A stretch of DNA of 64,000 nt, taken from Savitreella phatthalungensis. Its lineage: Eukaryota. This document shows, piece after piece, positions 39,024 to 52,800 of the stretch. Within the stretch, counting starts at the first letter, position 1. Every line of letters starts with the position of its first letter. The stretch lies in the NCBI GenBank assembly GCA_051599415.1, contig AP039702.1, positions 248,001 to 312,000 of the forward strand, in the 5' to 3' direction. The notes under the pieces are model-generated. The model was not told the origin of the DNA, searched no databases, and saw nothing but the letters and a program-made list of their open reading frames with translations. The translations under genes and the position numbers were made by a program.

Positions 39024-40955
39024 ATATTAAAGTCGCTACACCTAGAATTGATCACCTTTAAGATTAATCAATTTCACACACGTTTTTTTTGTCGCCTCTT
39101 CGAAGGCACCTTCTCCGTAGATTGCTCGCTATTCGATGGAATCACCAGCGCTAGCTCTGAAAGTAAGGTAGCTTGGTCCTGTGCCTCTATCCATGCTCTA
39201 GGCTTGATTTTAGCAGCCCTCGCCTTCGCTGCAATCCAGTGCCACCTCATATCTGTGTAGTCTTCGCCGAGTAAGCCTTTTAGCCAGTCCACTCCTCTAG
39301 CCAGCTGCTGTGCCTTGAAGGCTGCCCTAGGACGCGAGGCCTTGGCCTGCAGGGCTGCTATAGTCTCGTCCCTATCGGCGATCATGAACTGGAGCTGTTC
39401 TGCAGCAGTCTTCAGTTCATCAATGAGGCGATCTTTTCGCGCATTCTCTGCGAGTGCTAGCTCTAGCACCTCGTATCTCTCTTTTCCAGCTGCCTGCAGT
39501 GTCGCGCGTGTCGCTTTGACCGATTTAGGCAGTGTATTGGCTGCATTGGTGGTCAGGGTGGCCAAGGCAGGCCTTTCTGGCCTTTTCGCAGCTTCCGAGG
39601 CAGATTCGACTGAATTGTTGTAAGAGAGCAGGCTTCGGCGCACTGCCTGTGGATCATAGGGCCAGATACCGCCTTGCCTGAAGCCTGAGGTGATGTTCTG
39701 CCGCGTCAGCGCCTTGCCCCAGGCGCCTAGAAAGATCGAGATGAATTCTTCGCGTCCCCAGGGCCTGCCTGCTAGCCTGTGGCTAAGAACCCTTACTGCC
39801 TGCCCATAGTAGTTCTTCAGAGGCGAGAATACAGCTAGGTCGAGCGGCTGTGTGAGGTGGGAGCTGTGAGCAGGCAGGTAGACGAGTTTGACGCCATTTT
39901 TTGCGCATTCGTACATGACCTCGTGGGTGGCGTGGGCGCAGGCGCCATCGATCACTAGGACGCGCGTCCTCGGTGGATCTCGCGCTGTGGCAGGCAGGAA
40001 GACCTCCTGTAGCCACTGGACGATTAACTGGGACGTGAGGAAGCCGTTTTTCGAGTGAAACACGCGTACAGCGTTTCCAGGCGTGCCTAGGTACTTCGCC
40101 TCATCAGGAGGCGCCAGCCCTGCCTCCACAGCCTTACCACAGGCCTGCCTCTTCGCCTCGGACCGCCTGAACACCAGAACTGGCTGTAAATGAGCACCTG
40201 CAGCAGAAATGCAGGCCATGCAGCTGACTGTTTCGCGATCTCCATTGTCTGCTGCCACAGCGCGCTTCTTACCCTTCTGCTGCAGCGGAATCACCACCTG
40301 GGAGGACTGGGAACGGCCCATCATGAGGCCAGATTCGTCAGCATTCCAGATATCCTCAGGCAGGATCGCTTCCTCTCGAAGATAGGCGCCTAGGATCTTG
40401 AAATAGGCGTCCACAGTGGCTGAATCCACCGCGTACATGCGGCTGTAGTCGATGCAATTGCTGCGCACTGTGTGGATGTCAGGATGGCGTAATTTGAAGG
40501 AAGGAAACCAGCGCATTCCGAGGTGCACTGTGCTGCCGCGAGATTCGAAAAACTTATCTGCTAGGTTGGTGACCTCCATAGGAGTCATAGGATAGCCTAC
40601 TGCAGCCCTTCTGTGCAGCATCTCTACTATGGCCTTCTCCTGTGTTTCTGTCAGCTTTTGGCGCTCTCTGGCGGCCTCTGAGGCAGTCCTATTGCCATTC
40701 TGCAGCCGATGCCTTAAAGTAGAGGGTGAAACGCTGTATTCTGCTGCAGCATCACGGAGAGACGGTTTTTTGCCGTCTCTTCGAGCAGCGTAGTGGTTCA
40801 AGGCTGCCTGGAGGCAGGCCTCACGGCAGAGCGCGTCCATAGGCGCTAGGAGAGGCAGTAGGATGTGTTGAAGGTAGGTGGTGACGTGTTCGACGCGTCT
40901 TTATTTTCTGCGCGAAGTTAAAGGTGATCAATATTAGGTGTTTCGACTTTAATAT
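39024..40955 (-). mobile_element. Fot1/pogo-type (Tc1-mariner superfamily) DNA transposon, ~1.93 kb
   Basis: TIRs at 39024-39061 and 40918-40955 (ATATTAAAGTCGnnACACCTAnnATTGATCACCTTTAA, 34/38 identical) flank one transposase ORF. TA dinucleotides lie near both ends, but the exact termini are ambiguous. Confidence 0.92.
39074..40840 (-). CDS. DDE_1 transposase with HTH_psq and CENP-B-type HTH
   Basis: SLRDAAAEYSVSPSTLRHRL, WFPSFKLRHP, WNADESG (D1), VIDGACAH (D2) and QPLD (D3). D2-D3 spacing is 35 aa. Terminal KRRQKKR NLS-like sequence. Confidence 0.95.
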   Translation of the reverse strand: MDALCREACLQAALNHYAARRDGKKPSLRDAAAEYSVSPSTLRHRLQNGNRTASEAARERQKLTETQEKAIVEMLHRRAAVGYPMTPMEVTNLADKFFESRGSTVHLGMRWFPSFKLRHPDIHTVRSNCIDYSRMYAVDSATVDAYFKILGAYLREEAILPEDIWNADESGLMMGRSQSSQVVIPLQQKGKKRAVAADNGDRETVSCMACISAAGAHLQPVLVFRRSEAKRQACGKAVEAGLAPPDEAKYLGTPGNAVRVFHSKNGFLTSQLIVQWLQEVFLPATARDPPRTRVLVIDGACAHATHEVMYECAKNGVKLVYLPAHSSHLTQPLDLAVFSPLKNYYGQAVRVLSHRLAGRPWGREEFISIFLGAWGKALTRQNITSGFRQGGIWPYDPQAVRRSLLSYNNSVESASEAAKRPERPALATLTTNAANTLPKSVKATRATLQAAGKERYEVLELALAENARKDRLIDELKTAAEQLQFMIADRDETIAALQAKASRPRAAFKAQQLARGVDWLKGLLGEDYTDMRWHWIAAKARAAKIKPRAWIEAQDQATLLSELALVIPSNSEQSTEKVPSKRRQKKRV

Positions 40956-41504
40956 ATAGACCCACCTCTCTAACTCCACGTCCATCCACCAACCCACAAA
41001 TCCAACCACGCACGCACGCTCCTACTCAAATCACAGTAGAGTACGCACAGAATCAACATTAACAGTACAGCCAGCGTCATCGACAACTTTCCAGACCACA
41101 TGCATGCCAATAATACTTACAGACTAAATAACCCAACATCACCTCATACACCTTCCAACAATTAGTCCACTCACACCTACCTTCATACTCAACCAACCAT
41201 CTACACAGCCAAGCAGCCATTCACACCATCCTCTTTCGATCGGCGCATCTACAAGGATCATTCACTTCCAAACGCACAGCCATTCATCCATCAACAACCC
41301 TTCTGATCGACTTCTGAACTCCAACTTTCATCACAGAATCCCTGACACATCTCCCGTGCCAAGACATTGATATCACTTCCCTCCACAAATAATACCTCCT
41401 TCACCTTTCGTCCGTCTAAAGACACACGCGCCGAATTCAATAGCGTATCTGAACCACTTGGACCGCTATCAGAACACCGGACCAATAACGTCAGCATCAT
41501 CAGC

Positions 41505-42122
41505 ATGACATCAGGCGCGCGAAACTATGACCTGCTTATGAAGCTTCTCGTCATTGGTGACTCTGGCGTAGGCAAGTCCTGTCTGCTTCTTCGCTTCAGC
41601 GAGGACTCCTTCACACCTAGCTTCATCACCACCATCGGCATCGACTTCAAGATCAAGAATATCACCTTGGACGACAAGCGCGTCAAATTACAGATCTGGG
41701 ACACAGCAGGCCAGGAGCGCTTCAGAACCATCACAACGGTATACTACCGTGGCGCCCAGGGAATCCTCCTAGTATACGACGTCACAGCAGCATCCAGCTT
41801 TGATAACGTCAAAACCTGGTTTTCAAACATCCAGGAGCATGCAGCAGAAGACGTGTCTGTGATCTTGATTGGCAACAAATGCGACTGCGACCCAGCAAGC
41901 CGGCAAGTCACATATGAGCAGGGAAAGCAGCTTGCAGATTCACTTGGTATCCAATTTGTAGAAGCATCAGCAAAGACAAACGTCGGCGTAGAAGATGCCT
42001 TCCTGTCACTTGCACGCCACGTCAAATCACGGATCGGTACACCAGCAGGCAACAATTCAGCAAGTAACGGCGTCAAGCTCGATAATGGCACAGGCGGAGG
42101 CATCACTTCTCGGTGTTGTTGA
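41505..42122 (+). CDS. SEC4: Rab GTPase Sec4/Ypt2 (Rab8-like)
   Basis: [41 protein letters not shown] and a C-terminal CC. First ATG 41505. Confidence 0.95.
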   Translation: MTSGARNYDLLMKLLVIGDSGVGKSCLLLRFSEDSFTPSFITTIGIDFKIKNITLDDKRVKLQIWDTAGQERFRTITTVYYRGAQGILLVYDVTAASSFDNVKTWFSNIQEHAAEDVSVILIGNKCDCDPASRQVTYEQGKQLADSLGIQFVEASAKTNVGVEDAFLSLARHVKSRIGTPAGNNSASNGVKLDNGTGGGITSRCC

Positions 42123-42594
42123 AACATATGAAATCCAATATCAAACAGAAATACGAACGTGATGATATGTCTGCTGCTGCTCACCGCCAGCTTTTTCAAA
42201 TGTCTGTGATTTGCTAGGCTAGGCCGATTCAGTCTGTTGTACAATCCAGTCTTGTCTCTTTCGCTTGTCTACCTCTACTATCAATGTCATGCTCATGCGG
42301 AAAGTGCTGCTGTCAACTCGCTACAGTACAGCTACAGCACACTGTGTAGACTTCGTTTGCTTGATTGCTGGCCATTTAGCGAGCTTTCAATATATTGTAT
42401 GGCAGGCGGAATCTAAGGAGCTATTCAGGCTTGATCGAACGATTAATTAATTGTATGCAGATATGTGGGTATGACGTATTTAATAGCTCCACAAAATGAT
42501 ACCTATCACACAGCTAGCTGAATGCACAAAGCAAGATAACTATTTATAGCTGGCCGCATCACACTCGCTGGACAATCAGTATACAGCTGTCGTG

Positions 42595-42955
42595 ATGGTT
42601 AGACTGTACTACCAAGTGTTTGGTCATGTCCAGGTAGGTCTACGATGTTGATTTGCTGAATTTGTGATTGCTGACATTGGTGTTTGCACTTTTCTAGGGT
42701 GTTGGATTCAGGATGAGCACAGTCGACTTAGCTAGATCACTATCACCCCAATCGTCCAACCCATCCAACCAGCTCACCGGGTACGTACGCAACACGACTC
42801 AGGGATCCGTCGAAGGCGAAGTCCAAGCAGCAGACGAGAAAATCGTTCAACAATTCATAGATCATCTCAAGAAATCACCAGCAGGCAGAGTCGATAAGGT
42901 CGAAACTAGAGAGATCGAAGAAAAGCGTGACGAGACACGATTCCAGGTCAAGTAG
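42595..42955 (+). CDS. Acylphosphatase, 98 aa, one intron
   Basis: Exons 42595-42633 and 42698-42955, intron 42634-42697 (GTAGGT...GCTGAC...TAG). Splicing rebuilds VFGHVQ|GVGFR. Also contains GYVRN...GSVEGEVQ. Confidence 0.92.
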
Positions 42956-43798
42956 ACCTACAATCAATGAACTGAACATACTGCGTATCATGACATCCAC
43001 TCTATCAACTGATGCGTATGTCCAGATAGCATACTGTGTAGCTGCATGAACAAGCTGCTCTCTATCACTCATTCAACTACGTGCATTCACTCGATCGAGC
43101 GTGTATCCTGCAGGCATTTGGGTGGGTTGATGCAGCCAATATTTCCTCATGCATCAGATGCATGAATGCCTGATCAGGATTCCAAATGACCAAATTTCTC
43201 TTCATTCATCCCTTACGCACGTACGCACATACATACATACATACATTCATACTCACTCTATACATACATACGTACATACGCACGCACGCGTTCTACAAAG
43301 CACGTACTGGTAGTGACTGACTGAGGTGTAGTGACTCTATACTCTACTACATCACCTTCGTCACATATAGTCCTTGTACTCTCGTTCTCAGTCACTCACT
43401 GACTGACTAAACAAAAGCTCAACGGACTTGTGGCGGACTATTAGCAAAAAGAGCTTCTAGTCAACCTCAAACGCTCACTATACCCCTTTTCCCTGCGCAC
43501 GCGCATCTCCAACACAGCAATACAAGCAGTCTACAAGGCAGAACTCTGCTCTCTCAAGCAGCTAGTCTCCTCTGCTCACTCCAAAGTAAATTGCAAGACG
43601 GAAACGTTCCTACACGTCACCTTTCCGACGTCTCTTGCTTCCGACATTGTCCACGTTTCACTCGGGCGGATACTCCACTGCGAGCTGATCCGACAAGCAT
43701 TTACTCTTTTGAAGCATCATCGACGCGGGACTCGCAAGGACTCTGCCCTTATTGACGAGCGCCCACAACCACTTACGCACGCAAGCACGCAAAACTTG

Positions 43799-43825
43799 AT
43801 GTTCATGAACCTGCTCTCCATCTAA
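43799..43825 (+). promoter_or_regulatory. Candidate uORF (MFMNLLSI*) 19 nt upstream of TOM1
   Basis: These are the only ATGs in the preceding ~610 nt. Confidence 0.45.
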
Positions 43826-43844
43826 TTCTTATAACATTCACAAC

Positions 43845-46800
43845 ATGCGCATCACAAAGAAGCCACATTCAGGTGGCAGGCGCATCATAGAGCCTCCGCC
43901 AGCAGTCGATGCATTCATGAAGCAGGCCTTGGAGGCAGACAATGACAATCTCCCAATCCTCCTCCGCAGCTTTCATACCTGGCATTATCCGAAGGGAGAC
44001 CTCTTCCAATGGGTCGCAGTTCTGAACAAGCTCGATGAGATTCTTGAGGACCTTTGCGGGCAGTACAACCTGCGCAAGGGTACACAGAGCAAGCCTTTCA
44101 CAGGTCAGCATCGCGAACTCCTCCTTTCCTTGCTCTCGTTCACAGTCTTCCTGCTTGATCACTGTGCCAATAGGACGCTCTACAACTCCGCCAACTTCAT
44201 CGACGAGCTTCTCACGACGACCGATGACGAAGTCCTAGAGGCTACCCTCCGCGTCACACTCCGTCTTGCCCAGCGCTGGGGACAGCAACGCAGTGGCCGC
44301 GCACAATTCGGCATCAACACTGACAAGTTGCTGTCAATCTCCTCGTGTCTTCACTACGGCACACGCGACCGTGCTCGCGTGCCTGTGTCGATGCTAGATT
44401 TCATGGACGCTGCAATAGACGTCGACGATGCCGAGCACAAGGACTGGCACAGCACCTTCTTCTGGTTCTACCGCGCTGCCGACTTTGCTGAGGCACCCCC
44501 CGCTGCTGCTTCTTCCAAGGCTATCGACTACTTCTCAATCAAAACGCCCGCTAGGCGTCCTGACGCCGGAACCAGCACAGCTCCGACCACACCCGTAGTG
44601 GCACGGACACGTACGACTGCAAGCGTTCAGACGCCAGCCACGCCAGTAACACCAGGAGATCCACTATCACACAGCCTTCATTCTCAGCAGGCTCAACCGG
44701 ACCGCGCAGCAGAAGGCATGTCCGTCTGGGAGGTCCGTCCAAATGTCATCCAATCGCCGTTCCTCGGCGACGCACTCAGAGATGCCGTTCAAGGCTCAGA
44801 CATCCACGAGACTCGTCACTTCGATCTCCTGCAGGCCTTACGGTTCGCTAGAGCATCTTTCACGGTTGAATCACGCCAGCGACTCGTCGTCATTCGTCTT
44901 CTAGCCGTCGCCAGCGTCGCCAGCATCTGCTCGGACTACACTCTGTCGAGCCGTGTGTTGTCAAACGAGGAGCAACTCCTCTCGCAGCTCGCACAGCTCG
45001 TCAATCCAGATGCATCGGACGTGCCGCAAAGCATCGGCGTCGCCGCCTTCTACGCGCTCGACGCTATCGCCAGGCACGGCTCAGAGCTGAATGAGGTCCT
45101 GACACTCTTCGGCGCTGGCGTCAGTCACGGTTTGCTGATGCGCATCGTCCAGCGCACAGCTCAATCACTAGACGACAAGGATCCTGCCCAGGTACATCCC
45201 GAATTCGTCGAAGCGCTCATGAACCATCTGCATTACTTGACAACGACCAACACCGCAGGCTCGATGCTCTGCGCTGCAGGTCTTGTTCAAATTCTCGTCG
45301 CCCTCATCGGCAACCATAGCAGGCTGGCATTGCGAGCGCTCGTCAAGTCACTCACCCTGCTCGACCATCTTCTATATGGGTTCCAGCAGTCATTTGCCAT
45401 TTTCATCAGTGCCGGCGGTCTCCAGCAGCTAGTCGATCGAATCGAGGTCGAGGTCAAGCTCGATCTGGACGAGGCAGCCGAGTTCGTCAAGGCCAACCCA
45501 CAGACCAACGTCGACTACCGAATGTCCCACGAACGCTTCTCATTGCTCAAGACGATGCTCAAGTTCCTCATTCACATGATGCAGGGCGCCGGCACCACTG
45601 ATGGTCTGCGTAATCTGATAGAGACATCCCTGCTCTCATCCCTGAAGCTCATCTTTGAGCACTCGGATATCTTCGGCTCGAGCGTCTTCGCCAACGCCAC
45701 CAACATCATGGCCACATTCATCCACAACGAACCCACATCCTACCAGATTCTCCACGAAGCCAAAGTAACGGAGGTCTTCTGCGCAGCCATCACAAAGAAT
45801 ATCCTGCCAGCCTCCGACACGCTGTCAGCCATTCCCAATGCTATCGGAGCCATCTGTCTTCATCAACAAGGCATGCAGCTTGTGAACGACACCAAGCCAA
45901 TCCCCCGTTTCTTCGACATCTTCGTGTCACCACCTCACTGCGAGGTTCTCCGCGACTCTGATGTCGCTAGTCAACTCGGCAATGCCGTCGATGAGCTCAT
46001 GCGGCATCATCCACCTCTACAGGAACAAATCCTCCAGAGCATCAAGGTCATGCTCGAGCGTGTTGCTACCGTCGGAGAAGCTTCTTCAGCGCCAGAAGGA
46101 CGATCGTGCAAGTTCTTACCTGTCACCAACCCCAACGAGTCCACAGACGTCAGTATGGCAGACGCAAGTCAATCCGTGCCTTCCCTAAACGGTCCTCAAG
46201 TAGTCGACCTCGTTCAGGTCGCAAGTCGTTTCCTTGAGGGTCTGTTCCAGAATGCGGCACATATTCGGGATCTCATCGGTCTGGGACTCGTCCAGAACCT
46301 CATCAATTTCTACAATCTGACGAGTCTGCCATACGACTTTGCGCGGACAAAAGCTGCCTTGTCACTATCGCATGTCCTACGCATGGTCTCGGAGGTCGCA
46401 GCAAAGGACATCGTCGAGATCGTGCTCAATATGCTCGACAATACCCTCGGCAGTCTTCGTGGCCTACTTGAGTACAACGGAGGACCGGACGGCAATGGCC
46501 GCGGCTTTTTTGCGCCCTTCCTTGAGCTCGACTCGGATTCCGAGGTGGCCAACATGGTTGCCACTAACATGCGCAGACTACACAGTATCGCAGTCCTGCT
46601 TTCAGACCTTTACGCGATTCCAGTCTTCAGCCACGGTCGGTCCTTGTCGACCTTCACGCAGTACTTTGCCAGCTCTGAAACCGCAGGCAAATTGCTCGAG
46701 TCGCTCGGTCAGATGGAGCGTCAGCTCATCTGGCAAGATATCCTCCTGAGCGAGTCCGTACCGCACGAGTGGATTGTAGCCACGCAGCCGGACGACGATC

Positions 46801-49800
46801 CTGCCGAAACCATCAACGAAGCTGCCACAGCAGAGCGTGAGAAAGACCTGTCCGCCGAAACACTTCGATCGCCGCGCTACCGCAACGTCAAGATGCTCCG
46901 TTTTTTCCTCTGCCAGACGCCACCGTGCACATCTCCCTTCTTCCAGGGACTGCTCAAGATGGTGATCGGTAGACGACAGATGGAGCCTCAGCAACGTGGA
47001 CTCTCCCTACGCATCGCCGAGCAAATCGCTCGCGTCCTCATTGGCCATCTCGAATTCAACCGGAATGTCCAGCCGCCAATGTCGCGCTCCCAAAGACTCA
47101 TGCTTTGGCTCATGCTCCTGACGGAAGTTCAGAAAGTACTTTTCGACGACGGCGGCATGAGCCCAAACACCACAGGCGTCCTCATGTTCTTCGAGGACGG
47201 AATCGACCTGATGCTGAAGATGCTCGACGACCTCTGGCAGGAGCTCCTAGCTCAGACAGACGACTCGCACGCCGATGACGAGTCTGCCAAGTTAACAGGC
47301 GACATCAAATTCATCCTGCACATGCTTCAGCAGCTCACCTCGTACAAATCCGTCTGCAGCGCGCCTCAAGCCATCGCCATGACCTCGAAAGACCGCGAGC
47401 GTGAACGTCCCGGCTACTTCAATCCAACGGAATTCCTGCTCATTTTGCGTCGCAGAACGTTCCCGGTCGTTGCCAAGATCTGGCAGCACGCAGATGTCGG
47501 AAAGCTTTCAACCGCGTCGCTCAAGAATCTCATTGTCATCATCACCCAGTGCATCAGCAAGGACACCGAGCTAGACTCGCAGCCACGCGATCCCATCTTT
47601 GGCGTCTTCTCATCAAGCTCACTCCTGGGCGGCGCACCGATTCTGCGCACTGGCACTCAGCAGGAGACCAATATCACTCAGCTTGTCGATCTTGGCTATT
47701 CCCGCCAGACAGCGATCGATGCCCTCGGCCGCTCGCACGGCAGTGTTCAGACAGCCATGGACTACCTCATGTCGCATCCGGAGCTTGGCACCACGGGAAC
47801 CGGTCCCGCTCCTTCCTCATCTTCATCTGGCCCATCTGCATCCGGTTCCGCTGGACGAACGACGACCTCTGGTGAGACTTCAGGTGAAGTAGCGCGTGAT
47901 GATGCCATCAAGATCGATGACGGACAATCAGACGAATACCACCAGCTCGTCGAATCCACGCGCCATGACACCATCACGCGCGCAATCGATCTCTTGGCCC
48001 AACACAACCCGATCGTCTTCGAACTGAGTGATCTGATCCAAGCAGCAACGCACTCAAGCGACGACCAGAGCTTCGTCGCAGAGGGCGTTGCTCTCCTCTC
48101 GGCCGCGTTGACTTCGATGAAAGAAGAGCGGTACGACAAATCGAAATGGGAGCATCTTGGTGCAGTCTGTCACCTCTTTGCCAAGCTTGCGCACGAGCCT
48201 GCCTTCATCCGCAAGTGTCCAGACGATCTCGCAGAGACCTTCGACATCGTTCTCGATCTGCTTGATCTCGGAAATGACGAAGAAGGTGCTGAAGTCATCC
48301 AGCAAGCACAGCCGCCACCGTGGCTTTCCAGCTGCTGTCTCCTCATCGATGCCATCCTCTGCGATGCAAGCGAGCCCCATGCCATTGTCATCGACAAGGC
48401 TGGCATCGTCGTTTCCCGCATGGCAGATTTTTGTCAGCTCGAAGAGAATGCTAAGGCTAAGCTGTTCGATATCGTCCTGGCCAACCTGAAGTACAAGTTT
48501 GTCGATGGGTCGTGGGTATACTCGATCCTGCGCCTCCTCAACCGTCTGACCCAGGATCACAGACTTGCGGCGCAACTAGTCTCTCGTAATGCACTGCGCG
48601 ACCTCTTTGACATGATGCGTCGCAATCTCACCGACCTCAATACCAACACCCGCTCCGCACTCATCCTCCTCCTCAGGCACGTCTGCGAATCAGATGAGGT
48701 CCTGGCGAAACTCATGCAACATGAGATTGACCGCAGGCTCAGCGTCAAGCCACACCCCACCGACATCGTCAGCTTCGTCAAGCAGAACCACGATATTGCC
48801 CTACGCAACCCAAAGCTCTTTGTCGACGCAGTCTCCAACCAATGCGCACTCCCTGCATATAATCCCCAGACTTCGGTCCAGTCGATCGCCCTGCGCAAGG
48901 GAGCCTCTGACGAGCAGCAGGATGACCAGTCGTCGTTGGACAATCCAACGCTTGTGCCCGCTGGCGTCATGTACTTCCTCGTCTTCGAGTTGTTTGCCGG
49001 AGACAAGGATTTCCATCAGGAAGAAATGCAGCAGAAGGCTGCAGTGCTCGAAGCGCAAGCCAGAGATGGTGCCGATGCAGCAAAGCAGACATTCAAGGAG
49101 GCTGATCATCCAGAGTTCATGTACAGGCACCTCCTCCTGACGTGCTGTGCCGAACTTCTCGCATCCTACAACTCTGCCAAACTCGAGTTTATAGATTTCA
49201 GCAGGCGTTCACAAGCCGGAGAAGCTATCACAAGCCTCAAGAACCGCTCAGCAGCCGTCAACCTCTTTGTCACGCACTTTATTCCCCTCGGTACCCTGCC
49301 GACAGGTGGCGAGGACATCGCCACAGCAAAACGCGTTGCCACTTGTACCTGGGCCGCACGATGCATCCAGGCCCTCTGTTCATCCGCCACGATCGGTGGT
49401 AGTAGCAGAAGCAGCAGCGCCAACAACAGCAGCAACAAAGATGATCTGGGTGAATCTGATGGTGTACTTGCCCACGCACGAAGAACCGTCATCGATGCCA
49501 TCTCTAAAGGCTTCCGCGATGCAGCTTCATCTGCGGATACGGCCTGGATGAGATACAGTCGAATCACAGCGCTCGCTGAGCTGTGCTCTCGTCTGTTCCT
49601 TTCCGATCTTCAGGCTGGTTTGTCTGGTGAAACAACGTCATCACCCGCGACCGACACTCCCGGGGCCCGGCAAGTGGCCAAGCTGATGCTGGAGAAGAAC
49701 TTTGTGTCCATCCTGACATCAGCCATGAGCGAGATCGATCTCCACCACCCGATCGCCCGCAAGACGATCCGGGCGATTCTGAAACCTCTTAAGCACCTAA

Positions 49801-52800
49801 CAAAGCTCGGCATCCAGCTCAGTGAAGCCGGCACTCTCGAGCGACCTCTTATCGGTCAGCCCGATCCACAAGACATCAGTTTCGACTCTGAGATGGACGA
49901 GAACAACGTCCTCGGACCCGACTCGGACGAGGACGATGATGACGATGACGATGACGATCAAGATCGCGAAGAGACGCCGGACCTCTATCGCAACAGTGCG
50001 CTCGGCATGTTCGGTGGCGACATGCAGGAGGACGAGGAAGAAGGGTCGTACGATGAAGACGAGGAAGAAGATATGTATGACGACGAGATGGAGATCTACG
50101 ACGAGGAAGGCTCAGACACTGGCTCTGCCATCTCCGACGAAGACATGGCCATGGACGGCGAAGGCGGTGGCGAAGACGTTCTCGAATTCATGGTCGATCA
50201 CGGTCACCATCACGATCACGACGACAGCGAAGAGGAAGAAGAAGACGTCGATGACGAAGACGATGATGGACTAGAGCACGACATGGACGAATCCGGCTCC
50301 AACTCCGAGACAGACTCCGACGACGAAGGTGATAGCGACGATGGCTCAGAACTCTCTGGCAATGAACTCGTCATCGAAGCCGACGAAATCGAGTTTGATG
50401 ATTCCGTCGATGAAGAAGGAGATGAGGGTGAGTCTGAGTGGGAGGACGAGGAAGACGACGGTGAGGCAGATGATCCAAACACCGTCACCATCGATGCAGC
50501 TGCACCGTTCCTCCGACGGTTCAGTCGAGGCAGGCTGAATCCAGACGACGCAGCAGAAACCATCTCCATTCCAGTCAATGGCAGTCGTGCGTCCCCGCTC
50601 ATCGTCCCTGGCGACGGTGATGACGACGAGGACGAGGACGGCGAAGGCACTGACGCGGACGAGTACGGTGACATCGAAGAAGTTTTCATGCAAGACGGCG
50701 ACTATTCGCAAGTAGAAGAAGACGACGACGAGGCCTGGGAAGGTTGGGAAATCGAAGAAGAAGCGCCAGTCGTTCGCTCTAACAGGCAACTGACCTCGCG
50801 CACCTGGTCAACTCACATCCCAACCATGCGTACAACAGACCTCCGATACCTTCGCCAAGGTGCAGGACCACGGTCGATACGAGGACCACCGCCAGACACC
50901 TTCAATCATCCACTCCTAGTTGCCGGCGGTCAAGACGATCCAACCACGCCATCGCGTGACCTTCGTGGAGACAACTTCTCAGACTGGGTAGAGTCAATCG
51001 AGAGTCTCATCGGAGGAGGTGCGGTTTCCATCATCTCAGACATGATGCAGCGCATTCCAGGAGGACGTGGCGGGCGCAATCCGCCGCAAATCCGCGTAGC
51101 AGTCTCCGGAGAAGGTGTTCCAGCAGGTCTTCCTCCATCCCTCGGTCGCCTGATCGAGCGTGCCAACGCCGGTCAGCGCAACCCGCTCGCCACTCCCACA
51201 GATGGAATCCTCCCGTCCGGAGGAGCAGCAGCACCAACGGGCGAGACACCCACCGATCCTGCCAAAGCTACCAACTTCAAGATCTACCCGACGCACCAGC
51301 GCTGGGCAGACGAGGCCAGCATGCTCCACGGCAACTTTGTCACCGAGCGTGCGCTTCGCATTGTCAATCATATCCTGCACGCGATGGTCCCAACAGCAGC
51401 CAAAGAGGCAGAGGCGCGTCAGCGCGAAGTCGACGAAGCAGCTCGCATCGAGGCGGAAGCACGGGAAAAGGCACTCGAAGTACAGCGAGAGCTTGAAGCA
51501 AAACTGCAAGCGGAGCAGCAGGCAGCAGAAGAAGCTCGGCTTGCAGCCGAAGCGGAACAACGAGAGCTCCAGCGTTCAGCCGAGCGAGACACCATCTCTC
51601 AAGAAGGCATGGACGGCATTCAGCCGGACTCAGAAGTCGAGGACATCATCCAGACCACCTCGAACGACTCGCCACAGTACATCTCGATCCGAGGTCAGCA
51701 GGTCAACATCACGGGGCTCGGCATCGATTCCGAATTCCTTGAGGCCCTGCCAGATGAAATGCGTGAGGAAGTGCTAACGCAGCACATCCGCGAGCGTCGC
51801 GCGGCGGCGAACGAGTCCCAAGAAGGTGCCGCTGTCGAACTCTCACCAGAGTTCCTAGAAGCTCTTCCAGCGGAAATCCGAGCAGAGTTGCTACAGCAAG
51901 AAGCCGTCGACCGCCGCCGTCGTGAGCGTCTCGCTCGTCAAGCAGGATCCCGAGCAGCCTCAGGTCAAACCGGTCCTGCGGAAATCGATCCAGCTAGTTT
52001 CCTCGCCTCCCTCGATCCAGCTCTCAGAGAGTCAGTTCTGCTTGAGCAAGACGATGACTTCCTCGATCAGCTACCTGCAGAAATGCTGATGGAAATCTCA
52101 CGAGGTCGCCTCTCCCTTCAAGGCTCCAACATCGCACCTCTTCGTCGCAGGAACGAGAGCGCTCGTGCCAATGCAGAAGACCAAGAAACTAACGACCGAG
52201 GAACAGGTACTTCGGCAGATCAACAAGCCCGCGAAGCACAGCCGCAATCTGATCAAACGCCGAAGCAGCGTCGCGAGATCGTCCAGCTCCTCGACAAGAC
52301 TGGCGTCGCAAGTCTCATCAGACTCTTGTTCCTTCCAGCTCAAACGTCCCGAGGTTACCTCAACGAAGTCCTTGCTAATCTTTGCGAGAACAGGAGCAGC
52401 AGGGCTGAGATTGTCAATCAGCTGCTCATCATCCTACAGGACGGGACGATCGACCTGTCGGCAGCAGAGCGATGTTTCACAGCGCTCACGCGCAGAACCA
52501 AAGCTGGCGTGCAGCCGACATCAGCAGTGCCAGAGACTCCTGCCAAGCAGGCAAAGCGTCTTCCACTGTCCCACAACCCACAAACGCCAGCTCAACAGCA
52601 ATCGCAGCCAAAGACCACGGTACCCTTCCTGACCGGCGAGCATCTCCCCAATGTCGTCACGCAGCAATGTCTGCAAGTGCTTTCGCACCTGATCTCACAC
52701 AACCACCAGCTCGCCACGTATTTCCTGTCAGAGCACGAGACCTTAGCGGCTAAACGCCAGCTCAAAGCCCGTGCACCTGCAGGAACTGCAGCGACAGACG

